Assembly: GCA_965227295.1 (NCBI GenBank)
Contig: OZ245742.1
Location: forward strand, 3,136,001 to 3,200,000
Length of the DNA: 64,000 nucleotides
From: Leptonemataceae bacterium
Lineage (GTDB): Bacteria > Spirochaetota > Leptospiria > Leptospirales > Leptonemataceae
Direction: 5' to 3'
Each line of letters starts with the position of its first letter. Position 1 is the stretch's first letter. This document shows, one piece after another, positions 17,708-28,155 of the stretch. Under the pieces are notes generated by a model. The model searched no databases. It was not told the origin of the DNA and was given only the letters and a program-made list of their open reading frames with translations. The translations under genes and the position numbers were made by a program.

Positions 17708-19144
17708 ATGTTCTGGACCATCCTGCCCGTAGGCGTTTATTTATTTCTGTTGATTTTTATCACATTTTATACGGGGCGTCGGTCCCCGGCGGCGAGCGGG
17801 GACGCTGACTACTTTCTGGCCGGCCGGCGGCTTGGTCCCGTCTTTGCGTTCGTTTCCGTAGTGGCCACGGAAACCTCGGTGGCCACGGTGCTGGTCTTTC
17901 CCCAGGCGGGTTTCGCCGGCGGCCTGTCTTTGCTGTGGCTCTGCTTTGGTTTCATTGCCGGGCGGTACCTGGTCGCGCGTTTTTATCTGGATCGTTTGTA
18001 CGATCGCCATCGCCTATCCATCTACGCCACCGTCACCGGGGACGATCCGACGGCGGGGCGCTGGCTGAGCATGTTTTACCTGCTCGCCAAATTCGTTTCC
18101 AGCGGTGTACGTTTTTATCTGGGCGGGGTGGCTCTCGCGAGCCTCTTCGGTCAGAGTCTACCGGCCTGGATCTTGATCATGGCGTTGCTCGCGGGCACGT
18201 ACAGCATGATCGGCGGGCTGCGGGCCGTGGTCTGGACCGATCAAATCCAGGGTTACGTCATTCTGGGCATGGGCGTGGCGGTGTTCGCGGCGCTGGCCAC
18301 TAATGTTGACTTTTCAATAGTTAGTGCTCCGGCGTGGGTGAATACGGACAGCGCGCTGAAGAACGCCTCGTTTTTCCCGGTCCTGTTCCTGGGCGGACTG
18401 GTTCTCTCTCTGGGCAGCCACGGCGCGGATCAGGACATGCTGCAGCGCGTGCTGGCCACCTCGTCGCGGCAGATCGCCAGGCGCGCGCTGGTGCTCTCCG
18501 GCCTGGGCGCCACGGTGGTGATCCTGCTCTATCTCGCCGTGGGCTGGCTGCTTTCCGTAAGTTCTGATCAGGGCGTGTTAGACTTTGCCGTGAGCCCGAA
18601 GACGCCTCTCGTCGACTACATCGCCGGCACGAATCTGGACCTGGTCACGGGCATGTTTGCGGTTCTGCTGATCGCCGCGGCCATGTCCACCCTGGACTCG
18701 GCCATGCACAGCACCGGCGCGGTCTGGAAATCCCTGCTGGATCCGCAGAATGAGCGGCCGAATCGATCCGGCCGCGCATACAGTTTTCTTTCGCTGATCG
18801 TGCTCGTGGGATTCGCTCTGGCCTTCATCGTGGTGGCCGAGCGCACGCGGAATTTTCTGGATCTGGCCATGAGTTCCATGAACTACGTGAACGGCGGACT
18901 GATCGGTGTGTTCACGGTCTTTACGTTGACTCGCGGCCGACCGGTCAGGGCAACCGCGGTCCTGGGCGCTCTGGCCGCGGGCTTTTTCGTGACGCTTGCG
19001 GCGAACTTCGCTTATCCGTGGCTCGGCCTCGCCGATCGTCCCGGCTGGACCTACGTAACGATCGCCTCGGCCGCGGCGGCGACGATCGTGGCGTGGCTGT
19101 TGGGCAAAAACGTCTCCGTCAAAAATTCGCCGCGGCCTTCATAA
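17708..19144 (+). CDS. Sodium:solute symporter family protein
   Basis: DYFLAGR, VATETS, GGLRAVVWTDQIQ, DQDMLQRVL, AAAMSTLDS. Confidence 0.9.
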   Translation: MFWTILPVGVYLFLLIFITFYTGRRSPAASGDADYFLAGRRLGPVFAFVSVVATETSVATVLVFPQAGFAGGLSLLWLCFGFIAGRYLVARFYLDRLYDRHRLSIYATVTGDDPTAGRWLSMFYLLAKFVSSGVRFYLGGVALASLFGQSLPAWILIMALLAGTYSMIGGLRAVVWTDQIQGYVILGMGVAVFAALATNVDFSIVSAPAWVNTDSALKNASFFPVLFLGGLVLSLGSHGADQDMLQRVLATSSRQIARRALVLSGLGATVVILLYLAVGWLLSVSSDQGVLDFAVSPKTPLVDYIAGTNLDLVTGMFAVLLIAAAMSTLDSAMHSTGAVWKSLLDPQNERPNRSGRAYSFLSLIVLVGFALAFIVVAERTRNFLDLAMSSMNYVNGGLIGVFTVFTLTRGRPVRATAVLGALAAGFFVTLAANFAYPWLGLADRPGWTYVTIASAAAATIVAWLLGKNVSVKNSPRPS

Positions 19145-19867
19145 AAAAATCGCGTCGATCACGGTGCCGGTATCACTGAGGTCCGGGAAAAGATGATGCG
19201 GCTGTTCCCGGCGCAGACTTTCGAGATCGTACGGGCCGGTGGCCACGGCAATGCTTCGTAATCCCAGGGGGCGCGTGCAGTCCACGTCGTTGGGCGTATC
19301 ACCGATGATGCAGACATGATCCGGAGCGAAGTCCACCGCGTATAACCTGCGGGCCTTGCCCAGCGCGACCGGGGGCAGATCGCGGCGACGCAGGCCCTCG
19401 TCGCCGAACGCGCCGAAGGAAAAGTGACGATTCAGATCAAAGACGTCGAGCTTGGCCCGCGCCCCGCCCTGAGCGTTGCCGGTGAGCAGACCGAGGCGAC
19501 ACTCCGCGCGTTCTTCCAGGGCGGCGATGAGTTCCCGAACGCCGGGAAGCAGGACGACCCCGCGCTGCTCCGTAAAAGCTTCGCGTAAATTTCGCACATG
19601 AAATTCAAAGACCAACTGCAGGATTTCCACGAGAACCGCGTGACCGATCAGCGGCAGCAGAGTCTCATGGAGAAACTGGAGATCGGTCTTCCCGGCGATG
19701 GGATGCCGGGTCGGATCGTCCAACGCCGATTGTTCCTGGAGTTCTTGCAGTGTCGGTCGGCCCGTGGAATCCAGGGCTTCGTCGACGGCGGCCACGAGGC
19801 ACTCGCGACCCAGGCCGCCGCCCCGGAGAATCGTGCCGTCAATGTCAAAAAGCACCAGGCGTTGCAT
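19139..19867 (-). CDS. HAD family hydrolase (phosphoglycolate phosphatase-like)
   Basis: LFDIDGT, LLTGN, IIGDTPND, AVATG. Confidence 0.9.
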   Translation of the reverse strand: MQRLVLFDIDGTILRGGGLGRECLVAAVDEALDSTGRPTLQELQEQSALDDPTRHPIAGKTDLQFLHETLLPLIGHAVLVEILQLVFEFHVRNLREAFTEQRGVVLLPGVRELIAALEERAECRLGLLTGNAQGGARAKLDVFDLNRHFSFGAFGDEGLRRRDLPPVALGKARRLYAVDFAPDHVCIIGDTPNDVDCTRPLGLRSIAVATGPYDLESLRREQPHHLFPDLSDTGTVIDAIFL

Positions 19868-19962
19868 GCGTCTTCCTACGAAACAAAAGACGGCCGCAAA
19901 GGGCGCGCATAATTATGTTGACTGAGACCGCAACGAAGCCATCTTCGAGCGATCAGCGAGCG

Positions 19963-20451
19963 ATGATTATGCAACATTCTTTTAAGTTCCGCAATCCGCG
20001 CCGTGTTACGACCGGCGTCCTGGCGGCCCTGATTCTCTTAACGACCGGTTTGCTCTACGCGAACGCGGACGCCACCCCCGTGGACTGGCGCAAACTTCGG
20101 GAGCTGGACTACTCGTCCGGCAAGGCGCCGGCCTCGCTGCGTAAGTTAAACGGAGCGTTTGTTAAGATTCCGGGCTTCATGGTGCCCCTGGAAGACGAAG
20201 AAGAGGCGGTCACCGAGTTCCTGCTTGTTCCGTATCCCCAGGCGTGCATCCACGTTCCCGCGCCGCCGCCCAATCAGATCGTCCACGTAAAAATGCGCGG
20301 CGGTCGCAAGGCGAAGGTCTACTGGTTCGAACCGGTCTGGGCCTACGGCAAGCTGAACATCCAGCGCGAGAAGAACATCTACGCCGAATCTTCGTACGTT
20401 CTCGACGGCAGCAAGACCGAAATCTACGACGAACCCTTCGAAGAGTACTGA
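19963..20451 (+). CDS. DUF3299 domain protein (Zrg-cluster type)
   Basis: LNGAFVKIPGFMVPL, EFLLVPYPQACIHVPAPPPNQIVHV. Start uncertain (19915, 19963 or 19969). Confidence 0.85.
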   Translation: MIMQHSFKFRNPRRVTTGVLAALILLTTGLLYANADATPVDWRKLRELDYSSGKAPASLRKLNGAFVKIPGFMVPLEDEEEAVTEFLLVPYPQACIHVPAPPPNQIVHVKMRGGRKAKVYWFEPVWAYGKLNIQREKNIYAESSYVLDGSKTEIYDEPFEEY

Positions 20452-20461
20452 GTATTACAAC

Positions 20462-21040
20462 ATGCAACAATATTCCGCCTTTCTTGCCGCGTTCATCTTC
20501 TTCTGCTTTGCGCTCGGTTGCGAACCACATTCGCACGGTGCTCCGGATCCCGGAGCGCACGTCCACGGAGTCGTGCAGATGGATGTCGCCGTAGAAGGCA
20601 AAGCCGATGCTCCGCGGGTAGACGTGGAGTTGCGCTCGCCCGCCGTAAATCTCTACGGCTTCGAACACGAGGCGCGGACGGAGCAAGAAACACAGGCGCG
20701 CAACGCAGCGTTGACGGATCTCGCAAAGCCGGAGCAACTCCTGGATTTCGGCGGCGCGGAGTGCCTGCGAGAGTCGGCGGACGTCCACGATAGCGGCGCT
20801 GCGGAAGACCAGGACGATCACGACCATCATAACGAGCATGAGCATGATCACGAGCATGAGGCCGGCCACCTGGATGTGCATGCGGTCTATGCGTTTTCCT
20901 GTGATCGTGTGCCGACGACCGTCACGCTGCGCCTGCACGGTCGCTTTCCCGGGATCGAAACGGTTTACGTTCGGGTGCTGAGCGACAGCGGTGAAAAGTC
21001 CGCGAATGTACGTGCAGACGGCGCCGGCATCGATCTCTAA
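20462..21040 (+). CDS. DUF2796/ZrgA-like His-rich zinc-binding exported protein
   Basis: AHVHG, SPAVNLYGFEH, His/Glu/Asp tract, HLDVHAVYAFSC, FPG. Probable lipobox ALGC. Confidence 0.8.
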   Translation: MQQYSAFLAAFIFFCFALGCEPHSHGAPDPGAHVHGVVQMDVAVEGKADAPRVDVELRSPAVNLYGFEHEARTEQETQARNAALTDLAKPEQLLDFGGAECLRESADVHDSGAAEDQDDHDHHNEHEHDHEHEAGHLDVHAVYAFSCDRVPTTVTLRLHGRFPGIETVYVRVLSDSGEKSANVRADGAGIDL

Positions 21041-21059
21041 GTTTTTGTAAACGAATGTT

Positions 21060-21767
21060 ATGGAAGCTCCCGCCGTCGAAATCCAGAACCTGAAATTTGC
21101 GTACGGCGACGGTGCACCGGTGCTCGACGTGCCGGAGTTTCGCCTCGAACGGGGCGAGCGCGTGTTTTTACACGGTCCCAGCGGGAGCGGAAAAACGACG
21201 TTGCTGGGCATTCTGGGCGGCGTTATTACCGCCGACTCCGGCAGCGTAACCGTGCTCGGCCGGGACCTGGGAAGCATGAGCGGTTCCGAACGGGACGCCT
21301 TTCGCGGATCGCATTCAGGTTTCATCTTTCAGATGTTTAACCTCATTCCGTATCTCAACGTGCACGACAACATCGTCCTGCCGTGTCGCCTGAACAAAGA
21401 GCGTCTCGGGCGCCTTAAGAACACCGACGACGCCTCGTTGAGCGCCGCGGCCCGCCACGCCGCGGAACACCTGGGCATCGCCGATCTTTTGCACGAGGTC
21501 GTCACGAAACTCAGCGTCGGCCAGCAGCAGCGAGTCGCGGCGGCGCGGGCGTTGATCGGGGCACCGGAAATCGTAATCGCCGACGAGCCGACGTCCGCGC
21601 TGGACGCCGATCACCGCGAGCGATTCATCAATCTCCTGTTTCAGAGCGCGCAAGAGAACAACGCGACGATCCTGTTCGTAAGCCACGATCGTTCCCTGGG
21701 TGCTCTTTTTGATCGCAGCGTATCCCTGGCGTCTCTGAATCGGGCGGCGATCCCGGTGGGAGATTAA
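21060..21767 (+). CDS. ABC transporter ATP-binding protein
   Basis: GPSGSGKTT, LSVGQQQRV, ADEPTSALD, SHD. Confidence 0.95.
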   Translation: MEAPAVEIQNLKFAYGDGAPVLDVPEFRLERGERVFLHGPSGSGKTTLLGILGGVITADSGSVTVLGRDLGSMSGSERDAFRGSHSGFIFQMFNLIPYLNVHDNIVLPCRLNKERLGRLKNTDDASLSAAARHAAEHLGIADLLHEVVTKLSVGQQQRVAAARALIGAPEIVIADEPTSALDADHRERFINLLFQSAQENNATILFVSHDRSLGALFDRSVSLASLNRAAIPVGD

Positions 21768-21778
21768 GGAATTCTGAT

Positions 21779-23047
21779 ATGATCTTAGTCCGGCTTGCCC
21801 TGCAGTCCATCGCCAATCGTAAGTTGAGCACGGCGTTGACCGTGCTTTCCATCGCGCTGTCCGTGGCGCTGTTGATCGGGGTGGAGAACGTGCGCCGGGG
21901 CGCCCGGGAAAGCTTTCGCGGTACTGTAAACGGCGTGGACCTCATCGTCGGCGCGCGCACCGGGCCGCTGCAACTCTTGCTGTACAGCGTGTTTCATCTG
22001 GGCCAGGCTACGGCGAACATCGATTGGGAATCCTACAAACGTTACCGGGAGCATCAGGCGGTGCGCTGGACGATTCCCATCAGCCTGGGCGACGGGCATC
22101 GCGGTTTTCGCGTTGTGGCGACGAACGAAAACTTTTACGAACACTATCGTTTTCGCCAGGACCGCCAGGTGGAGTTTCGCGACGGAGAACAACCGCGCGC
22201 CGTCTTCGATGTCGCCCTGGGCAGCGAGGTGGCGGAGAAACTCGGCTACGAACTCGGTCGAAAGATCGTGCTCAATCACGGGATGGCGGCCCGGGGGATC
22301 ATGGATCACCGGGACAAACCGTTTACCGTGAAAGGCATTCTCAAACGCACCGGTACGCCCATCGATCGTTCGCTCTACATCAGCCTCGAAGGCATGGAAG
22401 CGATTCACGTGGACTGGCAGTCCGGCGCGCCGCCGTTGCCGGGGGACGAGGTGTCCGCGGAGCGCATCCTCGGCGGAGACGTTAACTTACAGCCGAAGAA
22501 TATTACGGCCTTCTTTTTGCGCAGCGAATCGCGCATCCTCACGCTGCGCCTCCAGCGCGAGATCAACCAGGACGAACAGGAACCGCTGCTCGCCGTGATC
22601 CCGGGGGTCACCCTGGGGGAGTTGTGGGCCACCGTAGGTTATGCTGAGGCGGCATTAAGGATCGTTTCCATTGCAGTGGTGCTGGTGGGGCTCACGGGCA
22701 TGCTGGTTTCGATCTACACGTCGCTCAACGAACGCCGACGCGAGATGGCGATCTTGCGCGCCCTGGGAGCCGGGCCGCGAACGATCCTCTTTTTATTCGT
22801 GCTGGAATCCGGTCTGCTTTCCGCGGCGGGGGCGGTGTTCGGCCTCGTACTGGTGTACGGCGGCCTGTGGTTCGCGCAACCGATGATCGAAGAATCCACC
22901 GGCCTATTCTTGCCCATCAGCGCGCCGGCATTGCTCGAGTACATCTACCTCGGCGGCGTGATTGTGGCGGGCTTTCTTATCGGACTCGTCCCTGCGTATC
23001 GCGCATATCGTAACGCGCTCGTGGACGGCCTATCGATTCGCATTTAA
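21779..23047 (+). CDS. ABC transporter permease (MacB/FtsX type)
   Basis: DLIVGAR, IPISLGD, ERRREMAILRALGA, four-TM MacB-like topology. Confidence 0.92.
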   Translation: MILVRLALQSIANRKLSTALTVLSIALSVALLIGVENVRRGARESFRGTVNGVDLIVGARTGPLQLLLYSVFHLGQATANIDWESYKRYREHQAVRWTIPISLGDGHRGFRVVATNENFYEHYRFRQDRQVEFRDGEQPRAVFDVALGSEVAEKLGYELGRKIVLNHGMAARGIMDHRDKPFTVKGILKRTGTPIDRSLYISLEGMEAIHVDWQSGAPPLPGDEVSAERILGGDVNLQPKNITAFFLRSESRILTLRLQREINQDEQEPLLAVIPGVTLGELWATVGYAEAALRIVSIAVVLVGLTGMLVSIYTSLNERRREMAILRALGAGPRTILFLFVLESGLLSAAGAVFGLVLVYGGLWFAQPMIEESTGLFLPISAPALLEYIYLGGVIVAGFLIGLVPAYRAYRNALVDGLSIRI

Positions 23048-23104
23048 GTCGCCGGATCCCGTAAAAAACTCTGGGTACTTCCGGCCCGCTTCGTAAACAG
23101 GGCT

Positions 23105-24439
23105 ATGCCCGTCGAAGCCGGTCGCCTCAAACACATCATTGCTCTTTCGCTGCCGATCATGGGCGGCATGTTGTCCCAGAACATCCTGAACCTGGTGGAT
23201 ACGGCGATGGTGGGACGCCTGGGCGCGCCGGCGGTAGCGGCCATCGGTCTCGGCGGTTTTGCGAACTTCTTTTCCATCGCAATCATTCTCGGTCTCTCGG
23301 CGGGGGTGCAGGCCATGGCGGCGCGGCGCATGGGCGAGGGCGCCGAAGAACGCGCCGCGGTTCCGCTGAACGGCGGGATCCTGTTGGCCGTGCTCGGCGG
23401 CCTGCCGCTGGGACTCGGCCTCGCGTACTTCACGCCGGTCTGGTTTCCCTGGCTCGTCTCCGATCCGGCCGTGGTCGCCGAGGGCGTGCCGTATGTACAG
23501 ATTCGTCTCTGCGCCGCGTTTGCCGTGGGCATCAACTTCAGCTTTCGCGGATTCTGGAACGGCATCAAGAAGTCCCAGGTCTACATGGGTACGCTGGTTG
23601 TGATGCACGTCGTAAACATCGTCGGGAACTACATCCTTATCTTCGGAAACTTCGGCGCGCCGGCGCTGGGAACCTTCGGTGCCGGCCTCGCTTCCGCGCT
23701 CTCCGTGGTGACGGGCACGGTCTTTTATTTTGTGATGGGCTTTGTGCACGTGCGGCACCTGGGTTTCTTGCAGAGGCTGCCGGATGCGGCGTCGCTGTTG
23801 ACACTCGTTCGTATCTCCATACCCAACAGCGTGCAGCAGTTGTTTTTCTCCGGCGGCCTCTTTACGTTGTTTTTGATCATCGAGAGTGTCGGCACGGCGG
23901 AGCTGGCCGCGGCGAACATCATCGTGAACATCATGCTTGTGGGCTATCTGCCGGCCATCGGCTTAGGTCTCGGCGCGGCAACCTTAGTCGGTCAGGCCCT
24001 GGGCCGCGGCGAACCCGACGACGCCCGTTCCTGGGGCTGGGATGTGGTCCGCGTGGCCATTGTGCTTCTAACGATCGTCGGCCTGCCCATGGTCATCTTT
24101 CCGAAGGCCATCATCGGCGCGTTCATTACCGGGGAGGGCTCCGAGGGCGTCATCGAACTCGCACGCATCCCGCTCATGATTACGGGGGCCGGCATGATCA
24201 TCGAAGCCTTCGGCCTGGTGCTCATGAACGCCCTGCTGGGTGCCGGTGATTCGCGCAGTGTCATGGTGGCGTCGATATTTATGCAGTGGTGCGTATTTTT
24301 GCCGCTCGTGGGATTGCTGGCCTGGCTGGGTTACGGTTTGATTGTACTGTGGTCGGTGAACATCGGCTATCGCCTGGTCCTGGCGGCCGTCTTCGTGATT
24401 CTATGGCAGGCCGGTAAGTGGCAGAAAGTGCAAGTTTAG
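23105..24439 (+). CDS. MATE family efflux transporter
   Basis: VDTAMVGRLG, NYILIFGNFGAPALG, ATLVGQALG, ~12 TM. Confidence 0.92.
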   Translation: MPVEAGRLKHIIALSLPIMGGMLSQNILNLVDTAMVGRLGAPAVAAIGLGGFANFFSIAIILGLSAGVQAMAARRMGEGAEERAAVPLNGGILLAVLGGLPLGLGLAYFTPVWFPWLVSDPAVVAEGVPYVQIRLCAAFAVGINFSFRGFWNGIKKSQVYMGTLVVMHVVNIVGNYILIFGNFGAPALGTFGAGLASALSVVTGTVFYFVMGFVHVRHLGFLQRLPDAASLLTLVRISIPNSVQQLFFSGGLFTLFLIIESVGTAELAAANIIVNIMLVGYLPAIGLGLGAATLVGQALGRGEPDDARSWGWDVVRVAIVLLTIVGLPMVIFPKAIIGAFITGEGSEGVIELARIPLMITGAGMIIEAFGLVLMNALLGAGDSRSVMVASIFMQWCVFLPLVGLLAWLGYGLIVLWSVNIGYRLVLAAVFVILWQAGKWQKVQV

Positions 24440-24472
24440 CTGCCGGCGCCGGTTTTTAACCGAAGCGGCTCA

Positions 24473-25552
24473 TCACCAATCACAACGCAGCACAATCTTA
24501 CCCGTAGCACCGCCGCTCTCCAGAAGCCGGTGCGCCTCCGCCGCCTCTTCGAAGGCGAACACGCGTTCGTGCACCAACGGCCGCAGGCGATCCTCGTAAA
24601 CCATCGCCGCCACTTCGCGCAGGATGTTGCCGTGCCGGTCACGGCCTTCGCCGCTCAGCAGCGGTCGGAGCATGAAGATCACGTGCAGGGAAAGGTCCTT
24701 CATGTGCAGGGGGCTGAGATCGTGCGTGGACCGCGCGGCAATGGCGGCGACGGTGCCGCCGGGGCGGGCCGCGGCGAACGAACGATCGAGATTCTCGCCG
24801 CCCACCGTGTCGAAGACGAGGTCGAAGCCCCGGCCGTCGCAGCTGTGCTCGCGCACGTAATCATCTACGGCTAACTCTTTGTAATTTATGGTTACGTGGG
24901 CGCCGCGGCTTCGCGCCGCCGCGGCCTTTGTTTCGTCGGAGATCGTCGTGAAGACCTGCGCCCCGGCCGCCCGGGCAAGCTGCACGGCAATGTGACCGAC
25001 GCCGCCGGTGCCGGCGTGCACGAGGATTTGCACGTTGCTCTCTCCGGCTTTCTGATCGGGCGCCGCGTGGGCGGGAGACGGTCCCACCGGGCCCCGCGCC
25101 GCCCGCACGCGCTCCCGTAACGCGCAACGATGATACAAAGCCTCCCAGGCCGTAATGCTCACGAGGGGCAACGCCGCCGCCGCTTCGAACGAAAGGCTGC
25201 GCGGTTTGCGGGCGAGCAGGCGGGCATCCGCCGCCATGAACTCGGCCAGCGCCCCGTTGATGTTGCGATCGCCGGCCCGCACTCCGCCGGCACAGCCGAA
25301 GACCTCGTCGCCGGGACGAAAGGCGTGCACGCCGTCGCCCACGGCCTCGACGACACCGGCCACATCCCCGTGCAGCACGGCCGGGGGTTCCGGCGAAATG
25401 GGCATGCCGGCCCGGAGTTTGGTATCGATGGGATTTACGGACGTGGCCCGCACACGGATCAACACTTCGCCGCGTTCCGGGGAGGGAGTCGGCAGTTCGC
25501 CGGGCTGGAGGACTTCGGGCGGGCCGTACTCTTTCAGAATGATTGCTTTCAT
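24473..25552 (-). CDS. MDR/zinc-binding alcohol dehydrogenase family (quinone oxidoreductase-like)
   Basis: SVNPID, GDVAGVV, AGTGGVGH, FDTVGG, GKIVL. Confidence 0.92.
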   Translation of the reverse strand: MKAIILKEYGPPEVLQPGELPTPSPERGEVLIRVRATSVNPIDTKLRAGMPISPEPPAVLHGDVAGVVEAVGDGVHAFRPGDEVFGCAGGVRAGDRNINGALAEFMAADARLLARKPRSLSFEAAAALPLVSITAWEALYHRCALRERVRAARGPVGPSPAHAAPDQKAGESNVQILVHAGTGGVGHIAVQLARAAGAQVFTTISDETKAAAARSRGAHVTINYKELAVDDYVREHSCDGRGFDLVFDTVGGENLDRSFAAARPGGTVAAIAARSTHDLSPLHMKDLSLHVIFMLRPLLSGEGRDRHGNILREVAAMVYEDRLRPLVHERVFAFEEAAEAHRLLESGGATGKIVLRCDW

Positions 25553-25564
25553 AATATGCTGTAC

Positions 25565-26056
25565 TCAACTGATGCGCATCCAGAACCAGTAAAACAAAAG
25601 CCCGGTCAGACTGCCTGCGATCAACGTCGGCCCGGAAGCGGCCGTGCGCAGAGCGTCGGGCATGGCCAACAGGATCAACCAGCTCATCAGTACGCCCGCC
25701 GACAGTCCCGCCCAAACGCCTGAGAATTGCAGCCAGAAATCCGACTGCGCACCGGGACACCACAGTGCGAAGAGTGCGATCAATCGCATCGAAATTTCCC
25801 GAACCGCGCGGCGGGCCTGCCACAGACAAGCAAACGCCGGTAGCAGGCAGCCCGTGCTTAAGATGAGCAGCATCGTGATTGCGATCGAAGTTCCGCGAGG
25901 AAAGAAACCCCATTCGTACTCTACGATTCCGGCGATGAGAATATGTCCTTCCAAAAGAAAATCAACATCGGCGAAGATGATGAGCGCTCCAGCACAGAGG
26001 AAAACGATTCGAACCAGCCTGCGTCGTTTCAGGATGGCCGCATCCGGGCGTATTAT
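25565..26056 (-). CDS. Hypothetical membrane protein, possibly 5'-truncated
   Basis: Hydrophobic ORF. The frame stays open upstream of TTG 25954 and encodes another TM (RRRLVRIVFLCAGALIIF) but has no ATG/GTG. Confidence 0.4.
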   Translation of the reverse strand: MIRPDAAILKRRRLVRIVFLCAGALIIFADVDFLLEGHILIAGIVEYEWGFFPRGTSIAITMLLILSTGCLLPAFACLWQARRAVREISMRLIALFALWCPGAQSDFWLQFSGVWAGLSAGVLMSWLILLAMPDALRTAASGPTLIAGSLTGLLFYWFWMRIS

Positions 26057-26392
26057 GTGATGGCTGGCGGCCCGGGGATGGGCTTCCGCGACGCTTCGTT
26101 ACGGTCCATTCGGGCCCCGTTCCTGGTCGATACCGCGCAGTTTGATGCGATCCTCGAACCGCCGTCGAATTCGAGTCGACTGGCGGAATTGATCCCCGGG
26201 GCGCAGGAGATCGTTCGGCCCGTCGGGCATTTTACTTATGTGCCCGAATGTCGGGCCATCATCGGCCCGGTGCTCGCCCGGCTGGCGGGGTTTCCGGTCT
26301 GTGACGATCCGCCGGGAGTGGACCGGGCGGCCGCACATGAGCAGCTTGCACGCGATGTGCTCCGATTCTTCCGGAATGCCTTTGAGATTTGA
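26024..26392 (+). pseudogene. C-terminal fragment of a predicted dienelactone-hydrolase-type alpha/beta hydrolase
   Basis: DGRIRAYYVMAGGPG, GHFTYVPEC, CDDPPGVDRAAAHEQLARDVLRFF are C-terminal motifs. No nucleophile-elbow (GxSxG) region upstream. Confidence 0.6.
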
Positions 26393-26546
26393 TCGAACCC
26401 CGGCGAATCGCGATCGGATTGTTTCATTTCAAAGTCATCGGCGTGACGCGTGACATAATTGGAATTTACGCAATCGTCTTTCGAATTTCACAAACTTTTC
26501 ATCTTTTATCCCCAATCTGGTCACACAAAAGGACGGGGATAGCAAC

Positions 26547-27698
26547 ATGCGCATCGCATACTTCACGGAGACATTCTTGCCGAAGGTGGACGGCGTGGTC
26601 AACACGCTCTGCAACCTTTTGCGATACCTTCCAACGAAAGGGCACGAGAGCCTGCTCTTCGCCCCGCAGGCCGGCGGAACTCCGGATCACTACGCGAACA
26701 CCCGGGTCATCACCCAGCCCGGCATGCCGTGTCCGTTGTACCCGGAAATCAAACTGGTCTCGCCGACGATCGACGTTACCGAAGAACTCGAGCGATTCAA
26801 GCCGGACGTCGTTCACGTCCTGCATCCCATCTCTCTGGGCATGGCCGGCATGTGGCAGGCCCGATACCTGGGCATTCCCGTAGTGGCGAGTTATCATACC
26901 GACCTGGTCGCCTACGCGCGATACTTCGGCCTGGGCTTCTTGAGCGATTTCGCCGTGCGGGTGGAACGCTGGATTCACAACCAGGCCGACCTGAACCTCT
27001 GTCCGTCCACGGCGACCATGAATGAACTGGAGGGCTACGGCTTCGAACGTCTGAAGATCTGGACGCGCGGCGTGGATACGCAATTGTTTCATCCCGGTCG
27101 CCGACGCAGCGACATGCGCGAGTGGCTCTCCGGCGGCGAACCGGACAAACCGCTGCTGCTCTACGTCGGCCGGGTCTCGCACGAGAAACGCGTCGACTGG
27201 CTGCGCCGTCTCCTGGATCGCCTGCAGTCCAACGGGCACGATGTGCGTCTCGCCATCGTCGGAGACGGGCCGGCTCGCGCCGAGTTCGAGCAATACTTCG
27301 CCGACACGCCCACGGTATTTACGGGCATCCTGCGCGGCGAAGAACTCGCCGCGGCCTACGCCTCCGCGGACATGTTCGCTTTTCCGAGTGCCACCGAGAC
27401 CCTGGGAAACGTCGTCCTGGAAGCCAATGCGGCGGGACTGCCCGCGGTCTGTGCCGCGGCCGGCGGCCCGGTGGACCTGGTGAAAGACGGCGAGAACGGT
27501 TATCTCTTTGCTGCGCACGACGAAGCGCTCTTCCACGACGCCGTGGAACGGTTGCTGGCTTCGAATGATTTCATTCGCCGTATGTCGAAGCTGGCCCGCG
27601 CTCGTGCCGAACAACGGAGCTGGTCCGCGGTGCACGATCTGTTGATTCAGGACTACGCGGAAATTGCCGGCGTGCCGCTGCTGAAACAGGCTATCTAG
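26547..27698 (+). CDS. Glycosyltransferase family 4 (GT-B)
   Basis: [46 protein letters not shown] (Ex7E). Confidence 0.93.
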   Translation: MRIAYFTETFLPKVDGVVNTLCNLLRYLPTKGHESLLFAPQAGGTPDHYANTRVITQPGMPCPLYPEIKLVSPTIDVTEELERFKPDVVHVLHPISLGMAGMWQARYLGIPVVASYHTDLVAYARYFGLGFLSDFAVRVERWIHNQADLNLCPSTATMNELEGYGFERLKIWTRGVDTQLFHPGRRRSDMREWLSGGEPDKPLLLYVGRVSHEKRVDWLRRLLDRLQSNGHDVRLAIVGDGPARAEFEQYFADTPTVFTGILRGEELAAAYASADMFAFPSATETLGNVVLEANAAGLPAVCAAAGGPVDLVKDGENGYLFAAHDEALFHDAVERLLASNDFIRRMSKLARARAEQRSWSAVHDLLIQDYAEIAGVPLLKQAI

Positions 27699-28096
27699 GA
27701 TTCACGATCCTCAAAATCCAGTGAGACCGAGTTGATGCAGTAGCGTTGTCCCGTCGGTTGCGGGCCGTCGGGGAAGACGTGGCCCAGGTGGGCGCCGCAG
27801 CTGTTGCAGAGAACTTCCACGCGACGCATGCCGTGGCTCACGTCTTCCTCAAAGCGGACGGCGTCCTCCTGGATCGGCTCGTAGAACGAGGGCCAGCCGG
27901 AACCGGAGTTGTACTTGGTGTTCGAATCGAAGAGCTTCGCATCGCACGCCATGCAGCGATAGATGCCGTCGCCCTTGTAGTCGTGAAACTTACCGGTGAA
28001 CGCGCGCTCGGTGCCCTTTTCGCGGGCTACGTAGAATTGTTCCGGCGTAAGCTTCTCGCGCCATTCTTCTTCGGAGAGTTGAACTTTTTCGGCCAT
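27695..28096 (-). CDS. msrB: Peptide-methionine (R)-S-oxide reductase
   Basis: GTERAF, two Cxx[22 protein letters not shown]. Confidence 0.97.
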   Translation of the reverse strand: MAEKVQLSEEEWREKLTPEQFYVAREKGTERAFTGKFHDYKGDGIYRCMACDAKLFDSNTKYNSGSGWPSFYEPIQEDAVRFEEDVSHGMRRVEVLCNSCGAHLGHVFPDGPQPTGQRYCINSVSLDFEDRES

Positions 28097-28155
28097 ACGA
28101 TACCAACCTGTCTGTTCTAAGAAAACCTCGAAGCGCCGTCACGGCTACCCCGGGG

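Noticed and set aside
19905..19980. Zur/Fur box upstream of the zinc cluster (GCATAATTATGT; ATGATTATGCAACAT)
   Set aside because: Only partial palindromes with non-matching spacing, not supportable without a lineage-specific matrix.
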